This document shows positions 9,736 to 19,913 of a stretch of 64,000 nucleotides of DNA, piece by piece. Location: the IMG/VR virus record IMGVR_UViG_3300021371_000009, positions 10,443 through 74,442 of that record. One strand, given 5' to 3'. The notes under the pieces are model-generated. The model worked only from the letters and a program-made list of their open reading frames with translations. It searched no databases and was not told where the DNA came from. Origin of the DNA: a virus. The position numbers were made by a program, and so were the translations under genes. Every line of letters begins with the position of its first letter. Positions within the stretch are counted from its first letter, which is position 1.

Positions 9736-9760
9736 TGCTTATACCCTTTTTACTTACTTA

Positions 9761-9768
9761 TATTTATA
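9761..9768 (-). promoter_or_regulatory. Late promoter
   Basis: TATAAATA on minus strand. Confidence 0.7.
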
Positions 9769-9773
9769 AAAGT

Positions 9774-11336
9774 TTAATCTTCGTTTTTTGCCATCTTAGT
9801 AATAGTAGCATAAAAAACTGCTTTACCCTTTTCTTCACCATATCTATCGGTGAAGTCTTTCATAGGCACTTCTTTTTCCAACTTCTTCATCTTATCTTTT
9901 TCTGCAGTTGTTAGTTCTCTTTCAGAAAAATCTTTTAAACTTAAATCTTCATTTTGTCTGCGTAGAACAGCGGCAACTTGCTTGTCTTTTGAAAGACCTC
10001 TTGCAATCTTTTCAATTGCTTTTACTGCACCTGTCATGTTACCACCTTTGTAACGCTTGTCAGATGCTACACCAATCGCCATCTTTCTTTGCTTCGGTGT
10101 AAATCTTTCATCAAGTTCTTCTTCTTCTTTGAGTTGTGACTTATCTACTTTGTCACCAATTGCTTGTGCAGTTTTTAATCTTGCCATTTTTAGTGGTGCA
10201 ACATCTTTAAAACGCTTTTCAAGACTTCTGCGATCCAATCTCAAATCTCTCTCATCACTACCCATTGAATAGATTTTCATATCTGTTCCAACAAGAGCAT
10301 ATCTCATCTTTGGTGCTTCATCAAGTTCAACTTCTTCTGGGATAACTCTCATGTTACCAGAAATGTAAGCAGGATGCATCTTCAATGCTCTCTGAGCATC
10401 TTTCTCATCGTTGCTGTCAACATAAACTTTAACTGTTTTCTTTGCGCTATCAGCATCTACACGAAACTTAATACGACCCATCTTCTGAGCAATCTCTTTA
10501 CCAATACCATCGCCCATCATTCTGTTGAAGATTTTTTGTTTCTTAGGGTCTTTGAAGTTACCATCTTTGTCGAATAGTTTTGCAAGATGTGGGGGTAGAC
10601 CTGCTTCGATAAGTTCTACACTCTCTTTCATCAACTCTTTAACTGATTTCAAATCAAGTTTAAGTGCTTTAGCAATTTGTTCTGCAGTCTTTCCAGAATC
10701 CATCATCATATGAAACTGCTTCATTTTACCTTCGTTGATATCATCATCAAAGTACTCATTGATTTTTAGTTGTTTAACTGCGTTATCGAAATCTCTTTTT
10801 GATTTAGCAAGTACTGTTTGTAATTGCATTTTTGATGCTGGTTTTAGACCTTGATACATTGTAAGTAACTTATCAGCAACTTTAGGATCAACCTTTGCTT
10901 TTTTACCATCAGCAAACTCAATAGGTTTCATACCTCTAAGTGATACTGCTTTTCTTAACTGCATCATAATATTTTTGTCTGCCGCTTTTCTATCATCGTC
11001 AGTGGCAGTGTTATCGATGTCTGCGGCGTCTTTACCTGTTCTTCGACCCATTGCTTTAAACGCATCACGCTTTGCACGATTTTCTTGCAACTCTTCACCC
11101 ACAAGTTTCAAGTAATCATTAATAATTTTGTCTGTATCTTTTTCACTACGATATGAACCGGCATACTTTTCTTTATCAAAGTATACAAAGTACTTACCAC
11201 CTTTTGTAGTAACAGTAACTTCGATGTTCTTCTTACGACCTACTTTCTCGGTCTTTACTATCTTTTCGCCACTGTCTACTTTGACTTTTTCAGCGAGGTT
11301 GATAGTCTGTTTTAATTGGGTGAATGTTACAGACAT
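9774..11336 (-). CDS. Lys/Glu-rich prohead core / internal head protein with many (I/L)xE sites
   Basis: 520 aa at the gp68 position between gp67 and gp21; LAE, LQE, INE x2, LIE, LDE x2, LKE motifs. Confidence 0.65.
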   Translation of the reverse strand: MSVTFTQLKQTINLAEKVKVDSGEKIVKTEKVGRKKNIEVTVTTKGGKYFVYFDKEKYAGSYRSEKDTDKIINDYLKLVGEELQENRAKRDAFKAMGRRTGKDAADIDNTATDDDRKAADKNIMMQLRKAVSLRGMKPIEFADGKKAKVDPKVADKLLTMYQGLKPASKMQLQTVLAKSKRDFDNAVKQLKINEYFDDDINEGKMKQFHMMMDSGKTAEQIAKALKLDLKSVKELMKESVELIEAGLPPHLAKLFDKDGNFKDPKKQKIFNRMMGDGIGKEIAQKMGRIKFRVDADSAKKTVKVYVDSNDEKDAQRALKMHPAYISGNMRVIPEEVELDEAPKMRYALVGTDMKIYSMGSDERDLRLDRRSLEKRFKDVAPLKMARLKTAQAIGDKVDKSQLKEEEELDERFTPKQRKMAIGVASDKRYKGGNMTGAVKAIEKIARGLSKDKQVAAVLRRQNEDLSLKDFSERELTTAEKDKMKKLEKEVPMKDFTDRYGEEKGKAVFYATITKMAKNED

Positions 11337-11342
11337 TTTTTA

Positions 11343-11522
11343 CTACTCCGTTGTTTCGATTTCTAGTTCACCTTTATCGTTAAAAAGTGTTTTAGCAAAT
11401 GTTTCTTTTGCTGTTGCTAATTCATGCGCTACTTTATCATTCATTACTGATTGAAATTTAACTTCAGCATTTACAAAATCTTTGTTGTTAATATCGTTAA
11501 TCATTGCGTTAATTTTACTCAT
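11343..11522 (-). CDS. gp67: Prohead core protein, gp67-like (59 aa)
   Basis: Below ORF-track cutoff; MSKINAMINDINNKDFVNAEVKFQSVMNDKVAHELATAKETFAKTLF...; start overlaps the gp20 stop; syntenic. Confidence 0.7.
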   Translation of the reverse strand: MSKINAMINDINNKDFVNAEVKFQSVMNDKVAHELATAKETFAKTLFNDKGELEIETTE

Positions 11523-13036
11523 TAGAATTGATCCTCTTCTTCACCGTCTTCTCCGCCAGATGCTTCCGCTTCTGCTTCTATTTCACTATTTATCTGCTCA
11601 ATATCATCATCATTTTGCTTGAGAATATTCTTACGAATCCACAAGTTACTATAATATTGACCAGCATATTCAGCGGCATCTCGTACTAAAGCAAGACGTT
11701 CTCTTAATATTTCTTGGTCTTTCAGTTCTGTGAACTGATTATCTTTTACATAATCATAACGAATATCTTCTTTCATAAGTTCCCAGTCTTCTTCAGTTAT
11801 AACGCCTTTAAGCAATAACTGTGTGCGTAATAAGTCTTGAAATAGTTCATTGAACTTCTTACGCAATCTACCTACAAACTTAGTAAACTTCAATTCATCA
11901 CGATTAATCTCTGTTGCTCGACCTAACTGAAAACCACTTTCAGGTTGCATACGAGACTGAGGTACATTGAGTGCTAAGAACATCTTCTTCTTAAAATACT
12001 CAATATCTTCAATCTCACCGAGGTTTTGACCACCACCTAGTGTAGTAATCTCTGTACCTCTACCACCTTCTCTGCGAGGCATCCAGAAGTCTTCTAGCAT
12101 GTTCATAAACTTACGGTCGTCTTTTACTTCACCTGTATCACCATCATAAACTAACTTATTCTTAAAGTTATTCATAATGTCTTTTAGATACTGTTCTGCT
12201 TTCTGCTTAGGTAAGTTACCAACATCTACATAAAATACTCTACGCTCAGGTGCCCTTGCAATACGATAGATAACAAGAGCATCTTCCATCATACGCAACT
12301 GATTGACTGGTTTGATTGCTTTGTGTAAATAACCCACAACCATATTGTTATTCATATCAGTCATACCAGAAGGCACATATGTTACGCTATCTTTAGTGAG
12401 AGCAATTGCATTTGCAGTTTTCATCTGCGTTACATTTGTCGCCACCGATCCTTCAGTGTATAGGAAGTATTCTTTAATCTTTTTAATACCACTGACGCCC
12501 TTTGTAATTTCTTGCTGTTCGTCTTTAATAACTTCACGAACAAATTTTATTGAACGAGGGTCGACAATTCTGAGTTTTTGTATGCCTTCTTTTGGATTAC
12601 TGCTATCAACTACTTTATGAAAATATAGTCTTCCATCAATATACCAACGCTTAAATAGTTCATGAGACCTCTTATTGAAGTCAAGCATTCTTAGAACTTG
12701 TTTAAACTCTTCATTAATTTTCTTTTTAATAGATGATGAAACCTGCACATCGTCTAAAGTTATAGATACTTGCCTATCGCTGTCAGATACGATTGCTTCA
12801 TTGATAATATCATCAATCGCCGCTTCGCATTCTGGGTGCATAGAAATTTCACGATACTTCTTAATTAAGTCGTATTCGTTCTTTGCTCTATAATCTTGAT
12901 TAACAAATGTGCCATACGCGCCACCAGAAACAGTAGACACGCCATCGTCTGGAGAAGGAAGAATTATATCCTGCTTTGGTAAATTCTTCTCTCCTCCATT
13001 ACGACTGATTTCAAATCCGAATAGTTTTACTGCCAT
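11522..13036 (-). CDS. gp20: Portal vertex protein
   Basis: KLFGF, WYIDGRLY.HK, YLHKAIKPVNQLRMMEDALVIYRIARAPERRVFY, EDFWMPRREGGRGTEITTL. Confidence 0.99.
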   Translation of the reverse strand: MAVKLFGFEISRNGGEKNLPKQDIILPSPDDGVSTVSGGAYGTFVNQDYRAKNEYDLIKKYREISMHPECEAAIDDIINEAIVSDSDRQVSITLDDVQVSSSIKKKINEEFKQVLRMLDFNKRSHELFKRWYIDGRLYFHKVVDSSNPKEGIQKLRIVDPRSIKFVREVIKDEQQEITKGVSGIKKIKEYFLYTEGSVATNVTQMKTANAIALTKDSVTYVPSGMTDMNNNMVVGYLHKAIKPVNQLRMMEDALVIYRIARAPERRVFYVDVGNLPKQKAEQYLKDIMNNFKNKLVYDGDTGEVKDDRKFMNMLEDFWMPRREGGRGTEITTLGGGQNLGEIEDIEYFKKKMFLALNVPQSRMQPESGFQLGRATEINRDELKFTKFVGRLRKKFNELFQDLLRTQLLLKGVITEEDWELMKEDIRYDYVKDNQFTELKDQEILRERLALVRDAAEYAGQYYSNLWIRKNILKQNDDDIEQINSEIEAEAEASGGEDGEEEDQF

Positions 13037-13077
13037 ATTTTCTCCACCTAAACATTATACCATTATCTTGAAAGTTA

Positions 13078-13647
13078 TTAAGCAGTTGTATCTGCGGTTG
13101 TTACACCACCGAAACGACCACCAAGACTTTCAAAGAACTGGTAAGTAAATTCACAAGTAAACTCTGCAATTGCATCGTTTGTTCCAAAGTCTAGAGCAAT
13201 CTCACCAATGTTGGTTGGATATGCGTCTTTGATTATATATGACTTGAGAACATCATCATTTCTGTCTAGATGGTCAACTCGTAAATCAACGAGATATTCA
13301 CTAGGCAGGACTCTACCTCGATTAGTTACTACGTTGTTGATACCATTCTGCCAGATTTCAAAGGCATCGCGGATTGCGAATGATGTGTCATTGTACACTG
13401 TTACAGTCCATGGAGTGAAAGTTCTTTCACCACCAAAGTTTACAACACGACCCCTATAGTTGACTGGAGTGTTACCGATTGTTGAACCAGGAAGTGCGGC
13501 GCCTCGGCAGAGAAATTCTGCATCTCTGCCTGCTACGCCCGCTACTGCTCCAGAAACGTATTCTGGAAATGATAGCGTTACTCTGAACTGGTTTGCTCTC
13601 GCACCCCCACCAATCATACGGGATTTAAAGTCTGAAATTGTTGCCAT
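13078..13647 (-). CDS. gp19: Tail tube protein
   Basis: GGARAN.F.V, FLC..A.LPGS, RGR.....G.RTF..WT.TV.ND..F.IR..FE.W; GATAAATA late-promoter variant at 13672-13679. Confidence 0.96.
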   Translation of the reverse strand: MATISDFKSRMIGGGARANQFRVTLSFPEYVSGAVAGVAGRDAEFLCRGAALPGSTIGNTPVNYRGRVVNFGGERTFTPWTVTVYNDTSFAIRDAFEIWQNGINNVVTNRGRVLPSEYLVDLRVDHLDRNDDVLKSYIIKDAYPTNIGEIALDFGTNDAIAEFTCEFTYQFFESLGGRFGGVTTADTTA

Positions 13648-13681
13648 TTTTATATGCTCCTATTATCTTACTATTTATCCC

Positions 13682-15598
13682 TTATACACCAGTCTCTTCA
13701 AAAGAGATACCAGTTCTTGTTGCTACGAATGTAAGCGTGATAAAGTTAATTGACCTTGCAGGTTTAATAAAGATATCTGCTCTAAACTCGTTTGCATCAA
13801 TGACTGCAGGAGTATTATTAGTTTCGTCACAAACAACTTTAAAATCAAAGATGCCTCTGCGACCTTGAATATCTCTCAAGAACGGTTCGACTAGATTTCT
13901 AAAGTTTGCTCTAGTGAAAGTGTCGTTGAATTCAAACAACTGAAACTTCGCCGCTGTAGCAATTGCTTTTTCTAGAATGATGAACAATCTACGAACATTA
14001 ATTCTATCAAATGCACTTGGTGCAGTCAGCATAGTTTTATCACCAAAGAGTGTGATGCCTTGTCCAGGGAATGCTACAACTGGATTAACTTGCTTTCTAT
14101 AGAGGGAATCTCTATCTGCTTTATCTGGTGAGAATGCGACTTTTACTGCATTCTTAATCTGCCCACGGTTAAAACCAGCAGGTGAGAAGAATGGATCAGC
14201 AACTAAGTCAGTTCTTACACAGCATCCAGCAACATCAGCATTCAAAGGAATCCAACGATATACATCGTTGTATCTGTCGTACTGATATTTCCAACCACTA
14301 TCCATTACTGCGAATGAAGAGTTGATATTTGCCGAATTATCTCTAAAGTCTACAATATCTGTTGCGGCAGTTGTTGAAGTTGCATCAGCAAGTTCTGGTG
14401 ATAAGAATACCATACAGTCTTTTCTGATTTCAGCAACATTGTCTACAACGTATTTTGCTGTCGCTCCGTTTGCAGGTCCCATGACAATAAGAGAGATATC
14501 GAATTGCTCATCGTTTGCAAATTTAGCATATGCAGTCTGTAGTTCTCCTGCACTAGGAGCGGCACCATTTGCGGCACCTGACAGAGAAACGTACTGTGGT
14601 TCTCTACTTGTGTGTGCAAAAGCATTACTCAAAATACCTGTCCCTGTACCTACGTCACTATCAAAGTTTGAACCGTGGTCACCGAACCAGAGATAATTTG
14701 AATACTGATTAATATGCTCTACATAATAGTTTACTGTTCCATCTGACTTCTTTGCATCAGTTGCGACAGATAAATTTGAGAACTTTTCAAGTATTGTGTT
14801 TGCAGTTCCAGTAATATCTCCATCTTCATCGATGACGATTACATGAAGTTCATCATTAGAACCGCCTCTTGCTGTTGCTTGTGCAGATGTTCCTGGTGCA
14901 TTATCGAATTCTGCATGATAGTACCACTTGACAGTTACATTAACAGGTGTAACTGTTCCATCAACTGCAGTAGTTAGACCAGTAGTCTTACCCTTTTCGT
15001 TGATAGTCAAGGTATTTGTTGATACTGCTGTTACTTCATATTCAGTATTGTGTCCAGCAAATACAATCAAGTCTCCTACAAAGATAGTTGCCGCAGATAC
15101 AACTGTTACTGATGTTGCTCCTAACGCATTAGAGGTTACACATGTAGTAGTATTAGTACTTGTGTAAGCACCTGCAGTGTGACATACTGATACTTTAAGT
15201 GAGTTACCCAAAGTACCTGGATACTTTGCCGCCCAATCGCCAACTCCTGTTGCGACTGCAGAAGCACCTAGATTATCGTATTGTGTTTCGTTTTTAATTA
15301 AGAATCCTGAACCGTCTTGTGTCGCGTTCAGCATACTTGCCTTTTCTGCTCTAATAACTTGAAGATTAGAACCATAACTCAGAAAGTTTGCCGCAGAGAA
15401 GAAATATTCGTATGTATCAGCATTAGGTTCACCGAAAACGGAAACCAATTCATTTTCTGAAGATACATTGATTACATCGTCTACAGGTCCCCACTGAAAG
15501 TTGCCCGCATATGCTCCCGGTGAGGTTGCTACTGCTGGCACAACCTGTGTTAAGTCCACTTCACGAACTAGAACGCCTGGTGAAATTTGAAATGCCAT
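13682..15598 (-). CDS. gp18: Tail sheath protein
   Basis: MAFQISPGVLVREVDLT start, F.WGP, AKYPG.LGN, SPAGFNRG, SAFDRINVRRLF, IKPARSINFITL.FVATRTG. Confidence 0.98.
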   Translation of the reverse strand: MAFQISPGVLVREVDLTQVVPAVATSPGAYAGNFQWGPVDDVINVSSENELVSVFGEPNADTYEYFFSAANFLSYGSNLQVIRAEKASMLNATQDGSGFLIKNETQYDNLGASAVATGVGDWAAKYPGTLGNSLKVSVCHTAGAYTSTNTTTCVTSNALGATSVTVVSAATIFVGDLIVFAGHNTEYEVTAVSTNTLTINEKGKTTGLTTAVDGTVTPVNVTVKWYYHAEFDNAPGTSAQATARGGSNDELHVIVIDEDGDITGTANTILEKFSNLSVATDAKKSDGTVNYYVEHINQYSNYLWFGDHGSNFDSDVGTGTGILSNAFAHTSREPQYVSLSGAANGAAPSAGELQTAYAKFANDEQFDISLIVMGPANGATAKYVVDNVAEIRKDCMVFLSPELADATSTTAATDIVDFRDNSANINSSFAVMDSGWKYQYDRYNDVYRWIPLNADVAGCCVRTDLVADPFFSPAGFNRGQIKNAVKVAFSPDKADRDSLYRKQVNPVVAFPGQGITLFGDKTMLTAPSAFDRINVRRLFIILEKAIATAAKFQLFEFNDTFTRANFRNLVEPFLRDIQGRRGIFDFKVVCDETNNTPAVIDANEFRADIFIKPARSINFITLTFVATRTGISFEETGV

Positions 15599-15647
15599 GT
15601 TATTTACTCCCGTATTTAAAATCAAAGGTTTTAGTCATTTACGATAA

Positions 15648-15655
15648 TATTTATA
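15648..15655 (-). promoter_or_regulatory. Late promoter for gp18
   Basis: TATAAATA on minus strand. Confidence 0.75.
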
Positions 15656-15658
15656 AGT

Positions 15659-17284
15659 TTACCAATTTGTACTATCGACTACAACCCATCTGTCACCATC
15701 TGCATCGACAAAGGATTCGGCACCAGCGCCTTCTTCTTGACTTACAAAACCAAATGGTGTTAATTCATCTTCTATTGCTTGCATTTTCTCTTTATATAAT
15801 TTTTGTCGTATATCATTCTCGGTTAATTCTTTGAAATACGGTTGTCCACTTAACCATGCAAACATCACCAAGCACATTGCTAAATCATCGTGACTACCTT
15901 CTTCTGCTTCGTAAGAACCTTTTCTTGCTACAAAAGTAGATAGTTCGTTGATAATATCGAAATCTTGAATTATCAACTTGTTTTCTTCTATTAGATTTTT
16001 GAGATTACTACAACCCAATCTTTTGAGTTGACCCGTAGTTCTAGCACCTAATGTGGTGCCTCCTCCAAAACCTCCTCCTAAAACTTGTCCTGCTCTACCT
16101 TTCCATGTGGTAGATAATAAGTTTTCGTATTCTATATCATTATTTAGAATATCCGCGACTTGTTGACCTATATCATTTATCTCAACAAGTATATATGCAT
16201 CGTTATAATGAGAACACATTCTATTAATAACAGTTGGATACATTAAAGGTGAAATTTCATTTGAACGATACTTACATACAACTTTAAAAGGCATCTTTGT
16301 TACATCTAGTATCACAAACGCACTGTAGTCGATTCCTACGCCCCTTGAGACATCAACTGTGCAAATATATGTGTTACCTTCTTGTGCTTTTTCATATACT
16401 GTTACACCTTCTTTATCATATTCGGGTTGCTTGTATGCCATATTACGCAATGAATTAGGGTTGATAAGTGTATTACTTGACCCTAAGAACTGACATTCAA
16501 ATTCTTGATCCCACTGTTCTTGAGAAGTATTTTTAATCGTTTCTTCTTTAAAGCGAATACCACGACCAGGAATATCATTCCACTCAACTTCAATAGTTGC
16601 ATAATTACTACGTTTCTCTTCAGCATCAACCCACATCTTATAAAAATGGTTCATACCTTTAGGTGTAGAAACAACCATCACTTTTGTATTTTTACCAGAA
16701 GTAATTGTGGGATATACTGACCTAAAAAACTCTTCTGCTAGATTATTTGGAACGAATGCAAATTCGTCTAGAAATACTAGATTGAATGAACCACCACGAA
16801 CCGCGCTAGATGATGTTGATGATGCAATAATTTTACTGTCATTCTCTAATACAATAGAACCTTTGTTCCATTCCTTGATACCTTGCTGTAAGTAAGGCGG
16901 AAGTGCTTCATACGACATATGAATTTTTGCAAGCAAATCTCTTGCAAGGGAACCTTTGTTCGCAAGAATAGCACAGTTTACTGTTGGATTGAATAACGCA
17001 AACCACAGAATGTATGAACACACAGTAGTTGATTTACCTGACTGTCTAGGAATTTTACATATAGAAAATCTGTTCTTATGAAATGTTTTAATCATCTTCT
17101 TTTGAAACGAATACATTTCAAAAGGAATAAAACCTTCATCCAGATTAACAATCTTAATATACCTTTCGATAAAATATGATGGGTCCTTAGAACACTTTAC
17201 ATACTCTTCGATTTGTTCTGCAGTAAACTCTTGCTGAACATTAGTTTTTTTAAGATTAGGATTTCCTAAATAATTATCACTCAT
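15659..17284 (-). CDS. gp17: Terminase large subunit
   Basis: YLGNPNLK, PRQSGKST Walker A, FLDEFAF Walker B, STPKG.NHFY, DVSRG, HDDL.M. Confidence 0.98.
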   Translation of the reverse strand: MSDNYLGNPNLKKTNVQQEFTAEQIEEYVKCSKDPSYFIERYIKIVNLDEGFIPFEMYSFQKKMIKTFHKNRFSICKIPRQSGKSTTVCSYILWFALFNPTVNCAILANKGSLARDLLAKIHMSYEALPPYLQQGIKEWNKGSIVLENDSKIIASSTSSSAVRGGSFNLVFLDEFAFVPNNLAEEFFRSVYPTITSGKNTKVMVVSTPKGMNHFYKMWVDAEEKRSNYATIEVEWNDIPGRGIRFKEETIKNTSQEQWDQEFECQFLGSSNTLINPNSLRNMAYKQPEYDKEGVTVYEKAQEGNTYICTVDVSRGVGIDYSAFVILDVTKMPFKVVCKYRSNEISPLMYPTVINRMCSHYNDAYILVEINDIGQQVADILNNDIEYENLLSTTWKGRAGQVLGGGFGGGTTLGARTTGQLKRLGCSNLKNLIEENKLIIQDFDIINELSTFVARKGSYEAEEGSHDDLAMCLVMFAWLSGQPYFKELTENDIRQKLYKEKMQAIEDELTPFGFVSQEEGAGAESFVDADGDRWVVVDSTNW

Positions 17285-17534
17285 TTACAATTTTCTGTAA
17301 TACTACTTCAAACTGGTCAATCTTCAGTGTACGATTAGGCCAGTAGATATAATCTTTCTCTGGATTTGCTTTTAAATTATTTAACAAAGGAATAACTGCA
17401 TCATGCAGTTTCTTTACTTTTCCTTGTAGTTTTTGAACCTCTTCTGATGAAGATGTAGCAGTTTGTGCAAGTTGCTGTACTGCTTCTAATTCATTTTCAT
17501 CAACTGCGGTAAAACCAAAATCAAAATCACTCAT
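17277..17534 (-). CDS. Hypothetical protein between gp16 and gp17
   Basis: 85 aa; FDFGFTAV, PLL.NL..NPEK.YI.WPNR; overlaps both neighbours. Confidence 0.7.
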   Translation of the reverse strand: MSDFDFGFTAVDENELEAVQQLAQTATSSSEEVQKLQGKVKKLHDAVIPLLNNLKANPEKDYIYWPNRTLKIDQFEVVLQKIVNE

Positions 17535-17952
17535 GGTCGATTACCTTCTCTTCTTTCTCACCTTTAATCAACTTTTGCAATTCTGCAGTTGAACCAACGA
17601 ACAATGCATTTGTTACGTTTTGTGGTGCTTTTTCATCTACTTTATTTAAGTCTTTCATATTTTTCTGTAGTCTCATCAAATCTTGAGTTACATCACTAAC
17701 TGTTTTAATTAATTGACCTGCTACTTCATATGAACGAGGGTTTTCTGCTTCTCTTGCTAATTGAAGAATACCTTCGATTGCTGTATTACCCTTTTCGATG
17801 AGCATATGAAAGTTTTGTCGTGCAATTTCATAGTCTGCATCTGCATCTGCTTTATTGGGGTCAGGTGCTGGTAGATGGTCAGATGCTTGAACTTCTGTCG
17901 GCAACTGTTCTGCTATATCAAATACTCGATTTAATTTTTCATCAATACTCAT
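17527..17952 (-). CDS. gp16: Terminase small subunit
   Basis: DYE.AR.N...LIEKG..AI, PR.YEVAGQLIK, NALFVGSTAELQK. Confidence 0.93.
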   Translation of the reverse strand: MSIDEKLNRVFDIAEQLPTEVQASDHLPAPDPNKADADADYEIARQNFHMLIEKGNTAIEGILQLAREAENPRSYEVAGQLIKTVSDVTQDLMRLQKNMKDLNKVDEKAPQNVTNALFVGSTAELQKLIKGEKEEKVIDHE

Positions 17953-17962
17953 ATCACACTCC

Positions 17963-18334
17963 TTATAGTTGTGTGAATCCGCTTACCTTTTTCAAAGTAA
18001 TCGTCACAGTTCCATCTTCAATAAAAACTCGTAAATCTTTACTTGGTTCTGCTGAAAGACCAAGTTGTCCTGTATTTGTAATAGCACCTACTCCTGCTCC
18101 ACTAAAAGTAAACACTGCTGTTAGATTTGGTTCAGTAACACGATAAATCTCAATGTCTCCCACATTATTGTCATAATCAATTTGTAGAATAATACACTCT
18201 GGATTTTCTGCAGTTTCATCCCTACCTAAAGTATCTACATCCATATCAAAATCAACTGAACCAGGAGTGAAGTCTCCCGATACTGCAAAAGTTGCTCTAG
18301 TTTCTGTAGTTGCTAATATTGTCTTAGTTGCCAT
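17963..18334 (-). CDS. Small beta-rich putative virion protein; paralog of 9379..9735
   Basis: 123 aa, ends LKKVSGF. Confidence 0.6.
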   Translation of the reverse strand: MATKTILATTETRATFAVSGDFTPGSVDFDMDVDTLGRDETAENPECIILQIDYDNNVGDIEIYRVTEPNLTAVFTFSGAGVGAITNTGQLGLSAEPSKDLRVFIEDGTVTITLKKVSGFTQL

Positions 18335-18350
18335 TTTATAATCTCACTTA

Positions 18351-19127
18351 TTATGTTACTGGATTATCAGTCCACGTTTCACTAAATCCAAAATCATCAT
18401 CTGCATCTGCAGAAGTTGGGTCTGGAGTTGTCACCAATCTACTAGTAGGTGTAATTGATGTTCCTATAGTAGGAGAGTTGTCTAAGAAAGCATCTGCTTG
18501 CACAGTCTTAATGATACCTTGCTCAGAAATAGGTCCATAGAAATTCATCTTTACAGTAAATGTCATAGTATATATGATACTTCTACGAGAAGCAAAATCA
18601 CCTTCATAATCATCCTCATATGTTAGACTTTCTAGTATAAGAGGAAAGTCATCTTTAATTCCCATCTCAGGAACAGCATTAATAGTTAAAGTATATGCTG
18701 GTGTGAAAAATGGTAATATTTGTTCAACAACTTGAAGTGCATCTTCTTGGTTTTTTGCCATAATAAACAGACTGAAATTCAAGTTGTAAGGTACAGATTG
18801 ATATTGTCTTTTAATCTCTGTGCTAGTAGTACCAACTGTTTTACGAACATTCATTTTGTTTACTTTACGTTGACCATCATAATTAAATCCACTAATTTCA
18901 AAACCCATTCTTGGTAAAGTTAGTTGGTGAGTATTCGTTAGTTGAGGATTTTCATATAGTCTAGCAAGAAATTTTTGTTTTGGTCCATATGCAAGAGGCA
19001 CTTTCAGTGATTGTATTGCATTACCGCTTGCATCTTTTCTACGAATGTCGATATCATTGAATACGCTACCAAATGCGATAACACTTCTGCGAATTGTTTC
19101 ATGATAAAAATGATTTTGTCCTAACAT
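18351..19127 (-). CDS. gp15: Tail sheath stabilizer / terminator
   Basis: FYHE.IRR.VIAFG..FN, KVPLAYGPKQKFLARL, LPRMGFE, PYN..F.L.I..KNQEDALQ.VEQILPFF. Confidence 0.96.
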   Translation of the reverse strand: MLGQNHFYHETIRRSVIAFGSVFNDIDIRRKDASGNAIQSLKVPLAYGPKQKFLARLYENPQLTNTHQLTLPRMGFEISGFNYDGQRKVNKMNVRKTVGTTSTEIKRQYQSVPYNLNFSLFIMAKNQEDALQVVEQILPFFTPAYTLTINAVPEMGIKDDFPLILESLTYEDDYEGDFASRRSIIYTMTFTVKMNFYGPISEQGIIKTVQADAFLDNSPTIGTSITPTSRLVTTPDPTSADADDDFGFSETWTDNPVT

Positions 19128-19909
19128 TATCTTTGTACCTCGCCAAATGGATTGCTTGTGCTAAAGTCTATGATATCTTCTGCATTCAAACTAAAGTCGT
19201 TGTTTCTTGAAAGAGGTTCAATACTTGCACCAATTGTTGTCGCATTAGTTGTTGTTGAAAGTGTATAATCTTCTTTGATAATCTTAAATCCATTTTCAAG
19301 CAACAATGAACCTGAACTATCTTCAAGTGATATTTCATAGTTAAACATGTCAGTTGAACGTGCATCTTCAATAGCATCAATCGCTGATACACCAGTATCA
19401 ATCTTCTCTGAACTGTATACAAATCTTTCAACATCTAATCTGTATGTGTAGATATTATTTGCTTGATAGAAAATATTCTCATGCTCAACAAATGTGATTT
19501 CAAATAAACCTTTTGTCATAGGAAAGTATAGTAAGTCACCTTCGTTTGGTCTGCCTTCTACAATTAAAGATGCGTTATCATCAACTGCAGTAGACCAACG
19601 CGATTTAACAACAACAAAACTTGCCCTGTCTCGTATCTCAACACCAAATTTCGACAAGAAGTCACCTTCACCCTCAAATCCATCTACTGATTGTAGATAC
19701 ATCTCTATAGAGTGTGCAGACGTAAATTTAGATAACTCATCTTCATTGAAGATTGTGTCTACGTTTACTAATGTGCGAGGAATGTAATAGATGTCAAAAC
19801 CATAAATCTTAATTGCTTCTGTATAAAGATTTTCAATTAGGGTTTGCTCTAAAGAATAACCTGTACTATCTAATCCGCCGCCTTGGTCGAAATACGCATT
19901 AAGTGCCAT
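19127..19909 (-). CDS. gp14: Neck protein
   Basis: EQ.L...L..E.IK.YG..YYIPR, GF.G.GD.LSKFG.E.RD, RPNEGDL.YFP, NPFG. Confidence 0.95.
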   Translation of the reverse strand: MALNAYFDQGGGLDSTGYSLEQTLIENLYTEAIKIYGFDIYYIPRTLVNVDTIFNEDELSKFTSAHSIEMYLQSVDGFEGEGDFLSKFGVEIRDRASFVVVKSRWSTAVDDNASLIVEGRPNEGDLLYFPMTKGLFEITFVEHENIFYQANNIYTYRLDVERFVYSSEKIDTGVSAIDAIEDARSTDMFNYEISLEDSSGSLLLENGFKIIKEDYTLSTTTNATTIGASIEPLSRNNDFSLNAEDIIDFSTSNPFGEVQR

Positions 19910-19913
19910 GTAA

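Noticed and set aside
13054-13062. Extended -10 element (TGGTATAAT) before gp20
   Set aside because: There is no good -35, and such matches arise easily in AT-rich DNA
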